NCBI RefSeq assembly: GCF_006345805.1
Contig: NC_043026.1
Span: 10,044,001 to 10,108,000, forward strand
Direction of reading: 5' to 3'
Length of the DNA: 64,000 nt
Origin: Octopus sinensis
Lineage: Eukaryota
Positions 1-10,748 of this stretch are shown here, in pieces. The notes beneath the pieces are model-generated. The model worked only from the letters and a program-made list of their open reading frames with translations, ran no database searches and was not told the DNA's origin. The translations under genes and the position numbers were made by a program. Each line of letters starts with the position of its first letter. Position 1 is the stretch's first letter.

Positions 1-51
1 ATCAAGAAATCCTCTTGTGAGCGTGACCTAGGCATCACTGTCAGCAGTGAT

Positions 52-294
52 TTGTGTTGGACAAAGCATATCTCTAAAATTGTCAAGAACGCCGAGGGTG
101 TCTTGGCATCACTCAGCAAGACTTTTGTTAGCCGCTCTCCAGCCATCTATTTAAAACCGTATACAGCTATGGTACGACCACACTTGGAATTCGCATCATC
201 AGTTTGGAACCCCTATCTTGCTCAGAACATTGACCTCCTGGAATCTGTTCAGAGATGTGCAACCAAACGCATACCCTTATTCCTTCGAAATTAG
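52..294 (+). mobile_element. Non-LTR retrotransposon RT C-terminal fragment (CR1/L2/Jockey-like)
   Basis: YTAMVRPHLEFASSVWNPY...LESVQRCATKRI matches the post-RT motif of CR1/L2-type ORF2; fragment only, at the window edge. Confidence 0.7.
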
Positions 295-550
295 GAATAT
301 GCAGCCTTCGAAACATATGTCGAGAATAAAGGAATTTTGTTAAATCGTCGTTCAACTCCATTCTTTCATTTATTTGTATAAAAAAACACACAAATTTCCA
401 CACGAAAGCACGTGATCTCTGCCCTTGGCATGTAGCTTCAACCGTGTTTTTCTGACGTGAATTTGCCACCCAGGTATCGGTTAACCAAATTATCCATACT
501 AGGATAATTCATTCAACTACATTTATATATATATATATATATATATTTGT

Positions 551-823
551 GCAGGCGCAATGGCCTAGTGATTAGGGCAGTGGACTCGCGGTTTCGATTC
601 ACAGACTGGGCGTTGTGAGTGTTTATTGAGCGAAAACACCTAAAAGCTCCACGAGGCTCCGGCAGGGGATGGTGGTGATCCCTGCTGTACTCTTTCACCA
701 CTCTTTCTTCTGTTGGCCTGCTCGCTTAGCCAGCGGGGTGGCATCATTCGAAGACTAAAACAATGCGAACGCATTGTGACCAGCGAAGTGTAACAACATC
801 TGACGGTCTGGTCGGTCACGTGA
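551..823 (+). mobile_element. tRNA-derived SINE (minor family)
   Basis: tRNA-like head (ggcgcaatggcctagtg...ggtttcgattc) with A/B-box-like motifs; flanked on both sides by (TA)n. Confidence 0.55.
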
Positions 824-840
824 TATATATATATATATAT

Positions 841-1243
841 AGGCGGAGGAGTGGCTGTGTGGTAAGTAGCTTGTTTACCAACCACATGGTTCTGGGTTCC
901 ATCCCACTGCATGGCACCTTGGGCAAGTGTCTTCTACTATAGCCTCGGGCCGACCAAAGCCTTGTGAGTGAATTTGGTAGACGGAAACTAAAAGAAGCCT
1001 GTCGTATATATGTATATATATATATGTGTGTGTGTTTGTGTTTCTGTGTTTGTCCCCCTAGCATTGCTTGACAACCGATGCTGGTGTGTTTATGTCCCCG
1101 TTACTTAGCGGTTCGCCAAAAGAGACCGATAGAATAAGTACTGGGCTTACAAAAGAATAAGTCCCGGGGTCGAGTTGCTCGATTAAAGGCGGTGCTCCAG
1201 CATGGCCGCAGTCAAATGACTGAAACAAGTAAAAGAGAAAGAG
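841..1243 (+). mobile_element. tRNA-derived SINE, main family (full length)
   Basis: ggagtggctgtgtggtaag head, B-box-like ggttc(c/a)(a/g)tccc, internal TA/TG microsatellite, 3' module ending gactgaaacaagtaaaagag; many copies in the window. Confidence 0.85.
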
Positions 1244-1508
1244 TATATATATATATATATATATATATGAAAGAAAAAAGGTGTTCAGAATGCTGCATGG
1301 TTGTAAAAATATATATTTATTTACATATCACATATTATTTCTTCATATAAGCGCTTTTAAAAGCTCTGAAACTACATATACATGTGTGTGTGTGTGTGGA
1401 GGTGCAATGTTAAAGGTACGTAACAAATAGGAAACTATTCTCTTGCTTTGTCTCCTGTATAAATATTGTGTTTCATTAAAACACTATTTTGAGAGAATAA
1501 TTTACCAG

Positions 1509-1680
1509 TCATGACTGATATGGATTCTCCTTTGTGTGAAGCCCAGGAACTACGGTCAGAAAATGATTTTCTACACATACCACAGTGATATGCTGTCTCT
1601 CCTACATGAATACGTTTGTGTCTAGCTAACAAACTACTGTTAGAGAATGATTTACTACAGATCTCACAATGATATGGTTT
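1509..1680 (-). pseudogene. Two decayed C2H2 fingers downstream of the premature stop of ZF-1
   Basis: In frame with ZF-1 ([12 protein letters not shown]...; HVGETAYHCGMC...); 14-bp deletion relative to the ZF-2 tail. Confidence 0.8.
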
Positions 1681-3090
1681 CTATCCTGTATGAATACGCT
1701 TGTGTCTAGTTAAGTTATGATTACGAGAGAATGATTTACCACAGATATCACAGTGATGCAGCTTCAGTACTGTATTAATACATTTGTGATTAATTAACTG
1801 ACTACTTTTAGAGAAAGTTTTACCGCAGACATCACAGTGATATGGCTTCTTCTTTGTATGAAGACGTTTGTGTGTAACCAAGCCAAACCTATCAGAGAAT
1901 GATTTACCACAGATCTCACAGTGATATGGTGTCTCTCCTGTATGAATATGCTTGTGTCTAGTTAACAAACTACTTACAGAGAATGATTTGCCACAGATAT
2001 CACAATGATATGGTTTCTCTACTGTATGAAAACGTTTGTGTATAGTTAAGTGATGATTACGAGAGAATGATTTACCACAGATATCACAACGATATGGCTT
2101 CTCACCTGTATGAATACGTATATGTGTAGTTAAGCAATAACTCTGAGAGAATGATGAACCACAGATATCACAATGATATGGTTTCTCTCCTGTATGAATA
2201 CGTTTGTGTTTCATCAAGTCACTACTTGCAGAGAAAGATGAACCACAAATATCACAATGATATGGTTTCTCTCCTGTATGAATACGTTTGTGTCTAGTTA
2301 AGGCACTATTCTGAGAGAATGATTTGCCACAGATATCACACTGGTATGGCTTCTCTCCAGTATGAATACGTTTGTGATTATTTAATGGACAACTTTCAGA
2401 GAATGATTTACCACAGATATCACAGTGATAAGGTTTGTCTCCTGTGTGAATATGTTTATGTATAGTTACATCATGATTACGAGAGAATGATTTACCACAG
2501 ATATCACACTGATAAGGCTTCTCTCCTGTATGAATATGCTTGTGAGTAGTTAAGTGATAACTCTGAGAAAATGATGAACCACAGATATCACAACAGTATG
2601 GCTTTTCTCCTGTATGAATTCGTTTGTGTTTCACTAAGTCACTATTTGAAGAGAATGATGAACCACAAATATCACAATGATACGGTTTCTCTCCTGTATG
2701 TGTACGTTTGTGTGGAGTTATGGCACTACGCTGAGAGAATGATTTACCACAGATATCACAATGATACGGTTTCTCTCCTGTATGTGTATGTTTGTGTCTA
2801 GCTATGGCACTACTGCAAGAGAATGATTTACCACAGACATCACAGTGATAAGGCTTTTTCTTTGTATGAAGACCTTCATGTGAAGTCAAGGCACTTTGGT
2901 CAGAGAATGATTTACCACAGATCTCACAGTGATATGGTTTTTCCCCTGTATGAATACGTCTGTGGGAAATTAGGTTACATTTTAGGGAGAAGACCTTTTT
3001 ACAAATGTCACAGTCATACGACAATTTTCTCATCTCTTTTATGTGTTCAGATGAAATCAGTTCTTCAATTTTTTCACTCTTTTCCATCAT
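1681..3090 (-). CDS. C2H2 zinc-finger protein ZF-1 (16 fingers, one degenerate), truncated by TAG in a linker
   Basis: 28-aa CxxC...HxxxH repeats with TGEKP linkers; first ATG at 3090 (MMEKSEK); the ORF track starts at an upstream TTG. Confidence 0.9.
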   Translation of the reverse strand: MMEKSEKIEELISSEHIKEMRKLSYDCDICKKVFSLKCNLISHRRIHTGEKPYHCEICGKSFSDQSALTSHEGLHTKKKPYHCDVCGKSFSCSSAIARHKHTHTGEKPYHCDICGKSFSQRSAITPHKRTHTGEKPYHCDICGSSFSSNSDLVKHKRIHTGEKPYCCDICGSSFSQSYHLTTHKHIHTGEKPYQCDICGKSFSRNHDVTIHKHIHTGDKPYHCDICGKSFSESCPLNNHKRIHTGEKPYQCDICGKSFSQNSALTRHKRIHTGEKPYHCDICGSSFSASSDLMKHKRIHTGEKPYHCDICGSSFSQSYCLTTHIRIHTGEKPYRCDICGKSFSRNHHLTIHKRFHTVEKPYHCDICGKSFSVSSLLTRHKHIHTGETPYHCEICGKSFSDRFGLVTHKRLHTKKKPYHCDVCGKTFSKSSQLINHKCINTVLKLHHCDICGKSFSRNHNLTRHKRIHTG

Positions 3091-3679
3091 TTTCCCCTGC
3101 AAATCACAACGTATAAATTTTTCTTCCTTTTTATTCCTTACATAAACTTCTACTTTTCTATTTGTGCTCAGTGTTACTTTTGTCTAGCAACACTTAGATA
3201 CACTTATCCAAGTTTAATCAGCATACAAGCTCCTCTTCTTCATACTCCAGTCAGTGATGTCCAGAAATTTGGTTAATGATACCAGCTCAGAGTAAATGTT
3301 TTACAGGGCCTCTATCTCAGAATTGTAGAAACAATCTGATACATCTATTTTGTATAATATTTTCCTTTAGTCCTTAAAACGTGGTAGGTATTGAGGATGT
3401 TTCTTCTGTTATGCCAGTGTCATCTGATGTTCTGAAATGATAAAGAAAGAGCAGTGTAAGATGTAGAGGCGACAGATTCAGCTGGTATTTAACATAGGGG
3501 AGCAGATAGATGAACAATGGCAGGAAGTAAAGGAGAGAAAACCTTATCAGTACTCTATTAATATGCTCAATTAGAAAATAGGAGCTTGGTTAACAAGATA
3601 GATGTTGAGGTGTTATCAATGCATAGAACAGGCATAGCAATGAGACAGATCACAGAGCTCACAGATATAGCAACAGACA

Positions 3680-4150
3680 GGCTTTTTACACTATTTTTTC
3701 CCCCTTTTTTATGATCGGGTGTTAACATTGGGTTTTTGGATCCTGTGAGTTTGATCGTATGAATTTTCCGAGTCCTCTCCGCCCCACCATTTACCAGCGC
3801 ACCTTATCCGAGTTGGACCCCAACCCTCCGTCACAAAAAAAAAAAACAATAGTGTACTAGGCGTAAAATAATATGAAGAAAAAAATTGCACCGACGAAAG
3901 GGGAAGTGGCGAGAGGACTTGGAACATTCCCGATGTGAATTTTCCGAGTCGTCTCCTCACCCCTCCCGTTCGCTGGCGCGCATTTTTTTTTTCATATTCG
4001 TTTACCACATTTTTACACCTATTACACTATTTTTTTTCTTTTCATTTTTTTGCTCAAGTCAAACACTGAAGGTGAACCCTTTTTACTCCCTTTAATAAAT
4101 TGCTCTTTTTATCGAAATGCACTCAAATTACACGTATGTCCTCGGATAGA
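3680..4150. mobile_element. Old relic of a foldback-type DNA element in the ZF-1 upstream region (also at ~7497-7970, ~13517-13990, ~33837-34300)
   Basis: Shares sub-repeats (ttttacacctattacacta; gcgcgcattttttttcatattcgttt; gatgtgaattttccgag) with the TIRs at 14489-16414; absent upstream of ZF-4. Confidence 0.5.
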
Positions 4151-4177
4151 TTGTCGAGGATGAAGTCAGTCTGTGGT

Positions 4178-4336
4178 CGTCGTCATCTTCGTTTAACGTC
4201 CGTTCTCCATGCTAGCATGGGTTGGACGGTTCGACCGGGGATCTGGGAAGCCAGAGGCTGCACCAGGCTCCGGTCTTACCTGGCAATGTTTCTACAGCTG
4301 AATGCCCTTCCTAACGCCAACCACTCCGGGAGTGTA
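4178..4336 (-). mobile_element. RTE LINE 3'-end fragment
   Basis: Matches 19685-19840 (cat repeats, cgtccgtt..ccatgctagcatgggttggacgg); absent at the paralogous sites near 7993 and 14015. Confidence 0.8.
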
Positions 4337-4611
4337 GAGTTTGGAAACCACTGATCTACATAATCTGAAAAGTATTTTCAGAAATTTCTATCTAAAGTTA
4401 TCCATTGTTAGTTATGAGAAAACAAATTGCTATCAGGGTGGGCGCACATCTCTAGTTATACCAAGAAACAAACGTTCGATAAAGGATTGGTTTCTGAACA
4501 TTTCAGCGGTTGGAATGTATTAGAAAATATTTCTCAAAATAAAACACAACAGAGGGTTAATGTTACAAACTAACATGGCAACAAGGGAGTGTGCAGAAGG
4601 TATCGTCCATT

Positions 4612-4870
4612 GCTAGAAATAGCAGCCAAACCACGCACGTATCATAGAATCTCTCTTCCATAGCTAGAAATAGCAGCCAAATCCCACACAAATGAGTGAC
4701 AGCTCTCTTTCATAGCTTGAAATAGCAGCCAAATCCCACACATATCAAGGACATCTCCCATTCATAGCTAGAAAGAGCAGCCAAATCCAGCACAAATCAA
4801 GGACATCTCCCATTCATAGCCAGAAATAGCAGCCAAATCCCGCACAAATCAAGGACATCTCCCATTCATA
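4612..4870. repeat. 52-bp minisatellite, ~5 units (upstream of ZF-1)
   Basis: tagctagaaatagcagccaaatc core recurring at ~52-bp spacing. Confidence 0.85.
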
Positions 4871-5110
4871 AAAAGTAAGAAAAGACACAAAGATTCGACG
4901 CGCCAAAGACCGAAAGTCTACAGAATTAAAAACAATGAAAATTTTCTTTGCTTAATACTTACGGAAATGCTTCATAAAGGATAGTGTTGTTATATACGTG
5001 TGTGTCTGGCAGTTGAGAAACACATCATAAATACGTATTGTAAGTATTATAAAGGTATAAAAATCAGCTGATTCAAAGAAATTGACACACTGGACATTTC
5101 ACCAAACATC

Positions 5111-5155
5111 AAAACCAATTAGGAAGCACCTTCAACACGCATGCGTATTTCCTCT
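5111..5155. promoter_or_regulatory. Putative promoter motif block: CCAAT + GGAAG + NRF1-like palindrome ACGCATGCGT (5137-5146)
   Basis: Motif kept at the equivalent position upstream of all seven ZF ORFs; function is inferred. Confidence 0.45.
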
Positions 5156-5217
5156 CTCAACTATTCAAGACAACAAAGTCTCATTATCTCCCTTTACGTT
5201 TCAGTATAGTACAGAAT

Positions 5218-5653
5218 GTACATATATATACATGTAACTATATATACACATATATATAACGGGGAGCTTCATGAAAATAAACAAAAGACGAAGGCAGGTG
5301 GAGTACAAACAAACAATTGTATTAGTATGGCGCTCAGGAATATATATATATATATATATATACATATATAAATACATGCATATACATACACACACACATA
5401 TATACACACACACACATATACATACACACACATATATATACATATATATCTATATATATAAATACATATATATATACATATATATAAATATATATGTATA
5501 TACATATATATATACATATACACACATACACATATATATACACACACACATACATATATATACATTTATATATAGCTATATATATATATATATATACATA
5601 TATATACGTACACATATATATACACACACATATATATATATATATATATGCAT
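5218..5653. repeat. Compound (TA)n/(CA)n microsatellite between ZF units 1 and 2
   Basis: Direct reading. Confidence 0.95.
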
Positions 5654-5897
5654 ATGAAAGAAAAAAGATGTTCAGAATGCTGGATGGTTGTAAAAATATA
5701 TATTTATTTACATATCCCATATTATTTCTTCATATAAGCGCTTTTAACGACTCTGAAACTAGATATATATATGTGTGTGTGTGTGTGGAGGTGAAATGTT
5801 AAAGGTACGTAACAAATAGGAAACTATTCTCTTGCTTTGTCTCCTGTAAAAATATTGTGTTTCATTAAAACACTATTTTGAGAGAATAATTTACCAG

Positions 5898-6905
5898 TCA
5901 TGAGTGATATGGATTCTCCTTTGTATGAAGATGTTTGTGTGAAGCCCAGGAACTACGGTCAGAAAATGATTTTCTACACATACCACAGTGATATGCTGTC
6001 TCTCCTACATGAATACGTTTGTGTTTAGTTAAGTTGTTCTTACGAGAGAAGGATTTACCACAGATATCACATCGATAAGGTTTGTCTCCTGTGTGAATAT
6101 GTTTATGTATAGTTACATCATGATTACGAGAGAATGATTTACCACAGATATCACACTGATAAGGCTTCTCTCCTGTATGAATAAGCCTGTGTGTAGTTAA
6201 GTGATAACTCTGAGAGAATGATAAACCACAGATATCACAACAGTATGGCTTTTCTCCTGTATGAAGACGTTTGTGTACAATTAAGGCACTTTGGTCAGAG
6301 AATGATTTACCACAGATCTCACAGTGATATGGTTTCTCTCCTGTATGAATACGCTTGTGTCTAGTTAACGAACTACTTACAGAGAATGATTTACCACAGA
6401 TATCACAATGATATGGTTTTTCATCTGTATGAAAATGTTTGTGTATGGTTAATTGATGATTACGAGAGAACGATTTACCACAGATACCACAACGATATGG
6501 CTTCTCACCTGTATGCGTACGTATGTGTGTAGTTAAGCAATAACTCTGAGAGAATGATGAACCACAGATATCACAATGATATGGTTTCTCTCCTGTATGA
6601 ATACGCTTGTGTGCAGATAAATTACAACTTTGAGAAAATGATTTACCACAGACATCACAGTGATAAGGCTTTTTCTTTGTATGAAGACCTTCATGTGAAG
6701 TCAAGGCACTTTGGTCAGAGAATGATTTACCACAGATCTCACAGTGATATGGTTTTTCCCCTGTATGAATACGTCTGTGGGAAATTAGGTTACATTTTAG
6801 GGAGAAGACCTTTTTACAAATGTCACAGTCATACGAGAAATTTTTCATCTCTTTTATGTGTTCAGATGAAATCAGTTCTTCAATTTTTTCACTCTTTTCC
6901 ATCAT
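5898..6905 (-). CDS. C2H2 zinc-finger protein ZF-2 (11 fingers; C-terminus ...KENPYHS)
   Basis: Intact ORF with tandem fingers; first ATG at 6905. Confidence 0.9.
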   Translation of the reverse strand: MMEKSEKIEELISSEHIKEMKNFSYDCDICKKVFSLKCNLISHRRIHTGEKPYHCEICGKSFSDQSALTSHEGLHTKKKPYHCDVCGKSFSQSCNLSAHKRIHTGEKPYHCDICGSSFSQSYCLTTHIRTHTGEKPYRCGICGKSFSRNHQLTIHKHFHTDEKPYHCDICGKSFSVSSSLTRHKRIHTGEKPYHCEICGKSFSDQSALIVHKRLHTGEKPYCCDICGLSFSQSYHLTTHRLIHTGEKPYQCDICGKSFSRNHDVTIHKHIHTGDKPYRCDICGKSFSRKNNLTKHKRIHVGETAYHCGMCRKSFSDRSSWASHKHLHTKENPYHS

Positions 6906-8274
6906 TTTCCCCTGCAAATCACAATGTATAAATTTTTCTTCCCTTTTATTCCTTACATAAACTTCTACTTTTCTATTTGTGCTCAGTGTTACTTTTGTCT
7001 AGCAACACTTAGATAGACTTATCCAAGTTTAATCAGCATACAAGCTCCTCTTCTTCATACTCCAGTCAGTGATGTTCAGAAACTTGGTTAATGATACCAG
7101 CTCAGAGTAAATGTTTTACAGGGCCTCTATCTCAGAATTGTAGAAACAATCTGATACATCTATTTTGTATAATATTTTCCTTTAGTCCTTAAAACGTGGT
7201 AGGTATTGAGGATGTTTCTTCTGTTATGCCAGTGTCATCTGATGTTCTGAAATGATATAGAAAGAGCAGTGTAAGATGTAGAGGCGACAGATTCAGCTGG
7301 TATTTAACATAGGGGAGCAGATAGATGAACAGGAAGTAAGGCAGGAAGTAAAGGCGAGAAAACCTTATCAGTACTCTATTAATATGCTCAATTAGAAAAT
7401 AGGAGCTTGGTTAACAAGATAGATGTTGAGGTGTTATCAATGCATAGAACAGGCATGACAATGAGACAGATCAGAGATCTCACAGATATAGCAACAGGCT
7501 TTTTACACTATTTTTCCCCCCTTTTTTATGATCGGGTGTTAACATTGGGTTTTTGGATCCTGTGAGTTTGATCGTATGAATTTTCCGAGTCCTCTCCGCC
7601 CCACCATTCACCAGCGCACCTTATCCGAGTTGGACCCCAACCCTCCGTCACAAAAAAAAAAAAAACAAAAGTGTACTACGCATGAAATAACATGAAGAAA
7701 AAAATTGCACCGACGAAAGGGGAAGTGGCGAGAGGACTTGGAACGTTCCCGATGTGAATTTTCCGAGTCGTCTCCTCACCCCTCCCGTTCGCCGGCGCGC
7801 ATTTTTTTTTCAGATTCGTTTACTACGTTTTTACACCTATTACACTATTTTTTTTTTCCATTTTTTTGCTCGAGTCAAACACTGAAGGTGAACCCTTTTT
7901 ATTCCCTTTAATAAATTGCTCTTTTTATTGAAATGCACTCAAAGTACACGTATGTCCACGGAGAGATTGTCGAGTTTGAAGTCAGTCTGTGGTGTAAAAG
8001 AGTTTGGAAACCACTGATCTACATAATCTGAAAAGTATTTTCAGAAATTTCTATCTAAAGTTATCCATTGTTAGTTATGAGAAAACAAATTGCTATCAGG
8101 GTGGGCGCACATCTCTAGTTATACCAAGAAACAAACGTTCGATAAAGGATTGGTTTCTGAACATTTCAGCGGTTGGAAGATATTAGAAAATATTTCTCAA
8201 AATAAAACACAACAGAAGGTTAATGTTACAAACTAACATGGCAACAAGGGAGTGTGCAGAAGGTATTGTCCATT

Positions 8275-8715
8275 GCTAGAAACGGCAGCCAAATCTCGAA
8301 AAAATCAGTGACAACTCTCTTTCATAGCTAGAAATAGCAGCCAAATCTCGAACAAATCAGTGATAACTCTCTTTCATAGCTAGAAATAGCAGCCAAATCT
8401 CGAACAAATCAGTGATAAGACTCTTTCATAGCTAGAAATAGCAGCCAAATCTCAAAAAAATCAGTGATAACTCTCTTTCAAAGCTAGAAATAGCAGCCAA
8501 ATCTCGAACAAATCAGTGACAGCTCTCTTTCATAGCTAGAAATAGCAGCCAAATCTCAAAAAAATCAGTGATAACTCTCTTTCAAAGCTAGAAATAGCAG
8601 CCAAATCCCGAACAAATCAGTGATAACTATCTTTCATAGCTAGAAATAGCAGCCAAATCTCTAACAAATCAGTGACAGCTCTCTTTCATAGCTAGAAATA
8701 GCAGCCAAATCTCGA
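8275..8715. repeat. 52-bp minisatellite, ~9 units (upstream of ZF-2)
   Basis: Unit atagctagaaatagcagccaaatctcgaacaaatcagtgataactctctttc. Confidence 0.9.
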
Positions 8716-8945
8716 AGCTGGAAGCGAAACAAATAATCGACAGGCGAAAAACCAAACGTCTACAGACTTAAAAACATTGAATAATTTCATTAATACTTAC
8801 GGAAATGTTTAACAAAGGATAGTGTTATGTATGTGTGTTTCTGGTAGTTGAGGAATGCATTATAAGACCGTATAATAAGCATTATCAGCTGATTTCAAAG
8901 AAATTCATGGATCAAGACATTTAATAAGATACCAAAATGCATTCA

Positions 8946-8963
8946 ACGCGCATGCGTACTTCC
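8946..8963. promoter_or_regulatory. NRF1-like ACGCGCATGCGT next to ACTTCC (ETS-like)
   Basis: Paralogous to the 5137 block. Confidence 0.45.
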
Positions 8964-9190
8964 TCTCTCGACTATTTTCCCTTGTTTATCTCCCTTTATG
9001 CAGCTGATGTACTTTTCTCTCTGGTCGAGTCATACCGCCTTCTTATCTAACACACCCGTTCCATTACAACTCATTTAGGAGCTTTTCGGTTTGACCGGCA
9101 CTTTTTTAATATAATTTCCACGTAACTAAACACTTTTAACCTTCGTATACTGGTAGAATTTGTTTATAAAACATCTTTTTCTCAAGGCTT

Positions 9191-9564
9191 TATTGAGATA
9201 ATTCTATAGTTTCTAAGATATTTGTATTGTTTTCTCTCAATTTCTGCAATTTCAACCAATTAATGACGTCCATTGAAGTAAAAACTTTCTGTGTCGTATG
9301 AATATGTCCCTCGTTTAAGAAACAGATTGGGTTTATTTACATTTGTGAAGAAAAAAAGATACCCTTCCCCCACCCCTAACTAAATCTAACCTTAAAACAC
9401 ATTGAAATGCAATAGATCGATACTAGGGTCATAATTATGGGTGACAATTTCATATGGCACGTCTAGAAAAAACTGCCGTTGAAACCGAAAAGATCTGGTT
9501 GAAATTGCAGAAATTGAAGAAAAAAAACAACAAATATAATACAAACTATAGAATTTTCTCAATA
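9191..9564. mobile_element. MITE-like element with terminal inverted repeats
   Basis: tattgagataattctatagttt versus aaactatagaattttctcaata, with further internal inverted similarity; duplicated at 28832-29206. Confidence 0.55.
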
Positions 9565-9734
9565 CACCTAGACCATTAGTTCTTATGAATACTGTCATCA
9601 GCTGGCTAATTTCAACCAAAGATTCAAAGAATTGAGGGTCAACATTCCCAACAGGAAAGTGGGTAGTGTTCCAACAAGATCATGCCAGACCAAATGTTTC
9701 TTTGACTGGTTTTGAAATAAAGGTATCTTATCTA

Positions 9735-10117
9735 GGTGTAGGAGTGAATGTGTGGTAAGTAGCTTGCTTACTAACCACATGGTTCCAGGTTCAGTCTCAC
9801 TTCGTGGCATCTTGGGCAAGTGTCTTGTACTATAGCCTTGGGCCGACCAAAGCCTTGTGAGTGGATTTGGTAGACGGAAACTGAAAGAAGCCCGTCGTAT
9901 ATATGTATAGATATATGTATATGTATGTTTGTGTGTCTGTTTGTCTCCCTAGCATTGCTTGACAACAGATGCTGGTGAGTTTACGTCCCTGTCACTTAGC
10001 ACTTCTGCAAAAGAGACCGATAGGATAAGTACAAGGCTTACAAAGAATAAGTTCTGGGGTCAATTTGCTTGACCAAAGGCAGTGCTCCAGCATGGCCGCA
10101 GTCAAATGACTGAAACA
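9735..10117 (+). mobile_element. tRNA-derived SINE, main family
   Basis: Full-length match to 841-1243. Confidence 0.85.
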
Positions 10118-10748
10118 GATGCATTTTTGACTCCATCTAAATCATTCAATGTTTTTCTTTGCAATGAGTTCTGTAGAGACAAGAACAAGTGGTAATCAGA
10201 TGGCACAATATGGTCTCTCGTTTCGTACTTGGGTTATTGTTTGACTACATACAGTAATCCATCGACTATCGCAGGTGTTACATCCCAAAACCCCATGATG
10301 AGTGAAAATATGCAAAGTAGAAACATACTGTACTGTATATTTTTTTTATTATTATTTTTATAATTTGTATATATTTATTTTATTATAAATGCAACACAAC
10401 ACCCCAGAGGAATTGACATAAGCTTAAATAATGAACCGCCATAGGTGAACCCCAATATGGCAAGGGATTACAATATTTCTAGTCATGAAAAAGCCATAAA
10501 GGAAGTTATTGTATAACATATTTATTGAGTGAAGCATTTAAAAGATAAACAATGAACAAAATGTGAGGATGCGTAATTCAATAAAGAATTATGTGATGGG
10601 TTGAAAGGAGGGGGAAGAGTTTTGGTACAAAGTTCCTTACAACATGGAATAAAATGTGAAAATTACAAAAACAAAAAAAATCTAAAAGTTTTGGAAACTT
10701 CCATTGTATAAATCAGAGGAATATTATAAATATATAGTAAACTAGAAA

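Noticed and set aside
841-920. tRNA-like heads of SINEs as tRNA genes
   Set aside because: Only A/B-box-like motifs; no complete cloverleaf, and each continues into a SINE body.
2571-3116. Antisense ORFs of the [20 protein letters not shown] type (also 6554, 10790-13036, 24717-26246, 31640-33277, 37832-38486, 41878-43197)
   Set aside because: They are the reverse-strand shadow of the 84-bp finger repeat, not independent genes.
3091-3186. In-frame open extension upstream of the ZF ATG (KVTL...VRNK), similar in plus and minus paralogues
   Set aside because: No ATG, preceded by an in-frame stop in both types, and no conserved acceptor; cannot support a longer N-terminus.
4341-4523. Repeated 60-aa ORF METTDLHNLKS... 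(also 8004, 34475)
   Set aside because: Starts at TTG, is broken by a deletion in the ZF-3 copy, and overlaps a possible hAT-like end (cagtggtttccaaact on the - strand); conservation is explained by recent duplication.
5201-5802. [16 protein letters not shown] low-complexity ORFs (also 19321-19723, 39473-40179, 50198-51139, 54736-55234, 57740-58527)
   Set aside because: Translations of microsatellites.
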